Shown here one piece after another: positions 63,126-64,000 of a DNA stretch of 64,000 nucleotides. This DNA comes from Heptranchias perlo (taxonomy: Eukaryota), in contig NC_090348.1 in assembly GCF_035084215.1 (NCBI RefSeq), positions 34,162,001 to 34,226,000 on the forward strand, given 5' to 3'. Position 1 is the stretch's first letter. Each line of letters begins with the position of its first letter. The notes beneath the pieces were generated by a model. The model saw only the letters and a program-made list of their open reading frames with translations. It was not told where the DNA came from and ran no database searches. Both the position numbers and the translations under genes were made by a program.

Positions 63126-63427
63126 ATAGATTTCCATGGCTGCAGAATGTCCCTGCTGCCTCTTATCTTTCTGTCCTTCTATTTCTTCCCTCAGTTTCTC
63201 CATTGTAACTGCATTGGAATCAGCTACTGGTGTTCTGATTTTGAAAGATGTCAGGTGTCAGAAATTTTTAATCGTCACTAATGTACAACACCTTAATCCT
63301 CCTCCATTTCACACCTTGCACAATTCACTGCATATGAAGTATGTAAACTGTGATGAATAAGCTACAAATCAATGAGATTAGAAAATTGGTGTCTACTAAT
63401 GCCATTCTGATTTAGTATACCCTGTAA

Positions 63428-63530
63428 CAAAAACAGAAAATGCTGGAAACACTCGGGTTAGGCAGCATCTATGCAGAGAACAGACAGCTAACATTTTGGG
63501 TATGGACCCTTTGTCAGAACTGGAAGACAT
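63428..63530 (-). mobile_element. Family-B repeat with a decayed hammerhead core
   Basis: Reverse complement ccagtt-CTGACAA-AGGGT(CCAT)ACCC-AAAA-TGTT-AGCT...tttccagcattttctg. Confidence 0.65.
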
Positions 63531-64000
63531 TACAGATGAACAGCATTTAAAAAGGAACAGAATATCAGGAAGAGAAAAAAACACAAATGCACACACAGGA
63601 GAAGAAATAGAATGATCTGTAAAGATGACCTTCTATTGGTTTATTTGATATTTTATGTATTTCACTAGAAAATTATGGATTAAAAAATGCTATTTGGCCA
63701 ATTTTGCTTCAGTCATCCAGAATTACCCAACATCCCCCCTCCCCCCCCCAAAAAAAGGAGCTGGAAGCACAGTTCGAAAAGTCTAGAACAGGAAATCATG
63801 GCAGGAAAAGGATTTTAGCAGTCATTTACAGACAGCATGAAGCCCTGGAGGGAAAATGGGACCGGGGTGGGGTTGGCAGGAACAGTCTACGGATTTGATC
63901 TTTAAAGAAAACACTCAAATGTTTCATGAGTCATTTACTTAAATATAGAAAGGGACAACACTGAAGCTATGGAAGAAGAAAATGTTGAGGAGTAGTTCTA

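Overview
Eukaryotic, intron-rich vertebrate DNA. The repeat families suggest a cartilaginous fish (shark), which is an inference. The window holds the conserved CDNF-HSPA14-SUV39H2 block. SUV39H2 coding exons 1-4 lie on the minus strand and the gene runs off the left edge. HSPA14 is complete on the minus strand (14 coding exons, 1533 nt, 510 aa). CDNF exons 1-3 lie on the plus strand, head-to-head with HSPA14 across a 256-bp bidirectional promoter. All exons were read by hand, with GT-AG boundaries and consistent phases. The rest is mostly decayed CR1/L2 LINE fragments and tRNA-derived SINEs. The most striking non-coding signal is a set of short non-autonomous, Penelope-like elements from two families that carry minimal hammerhead-ribozyme cores (CUGAnGA-A-stemII-GAAA-palindrome-UH). 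Two of them form large palindromes: one of about 630 bp in HSPA14 intron 5, and a 216-bp insertion with a 12-bp TSD just upstream of SUV39H2. Repeat boundaries are approximate, and family names are from memory, not from a database search.
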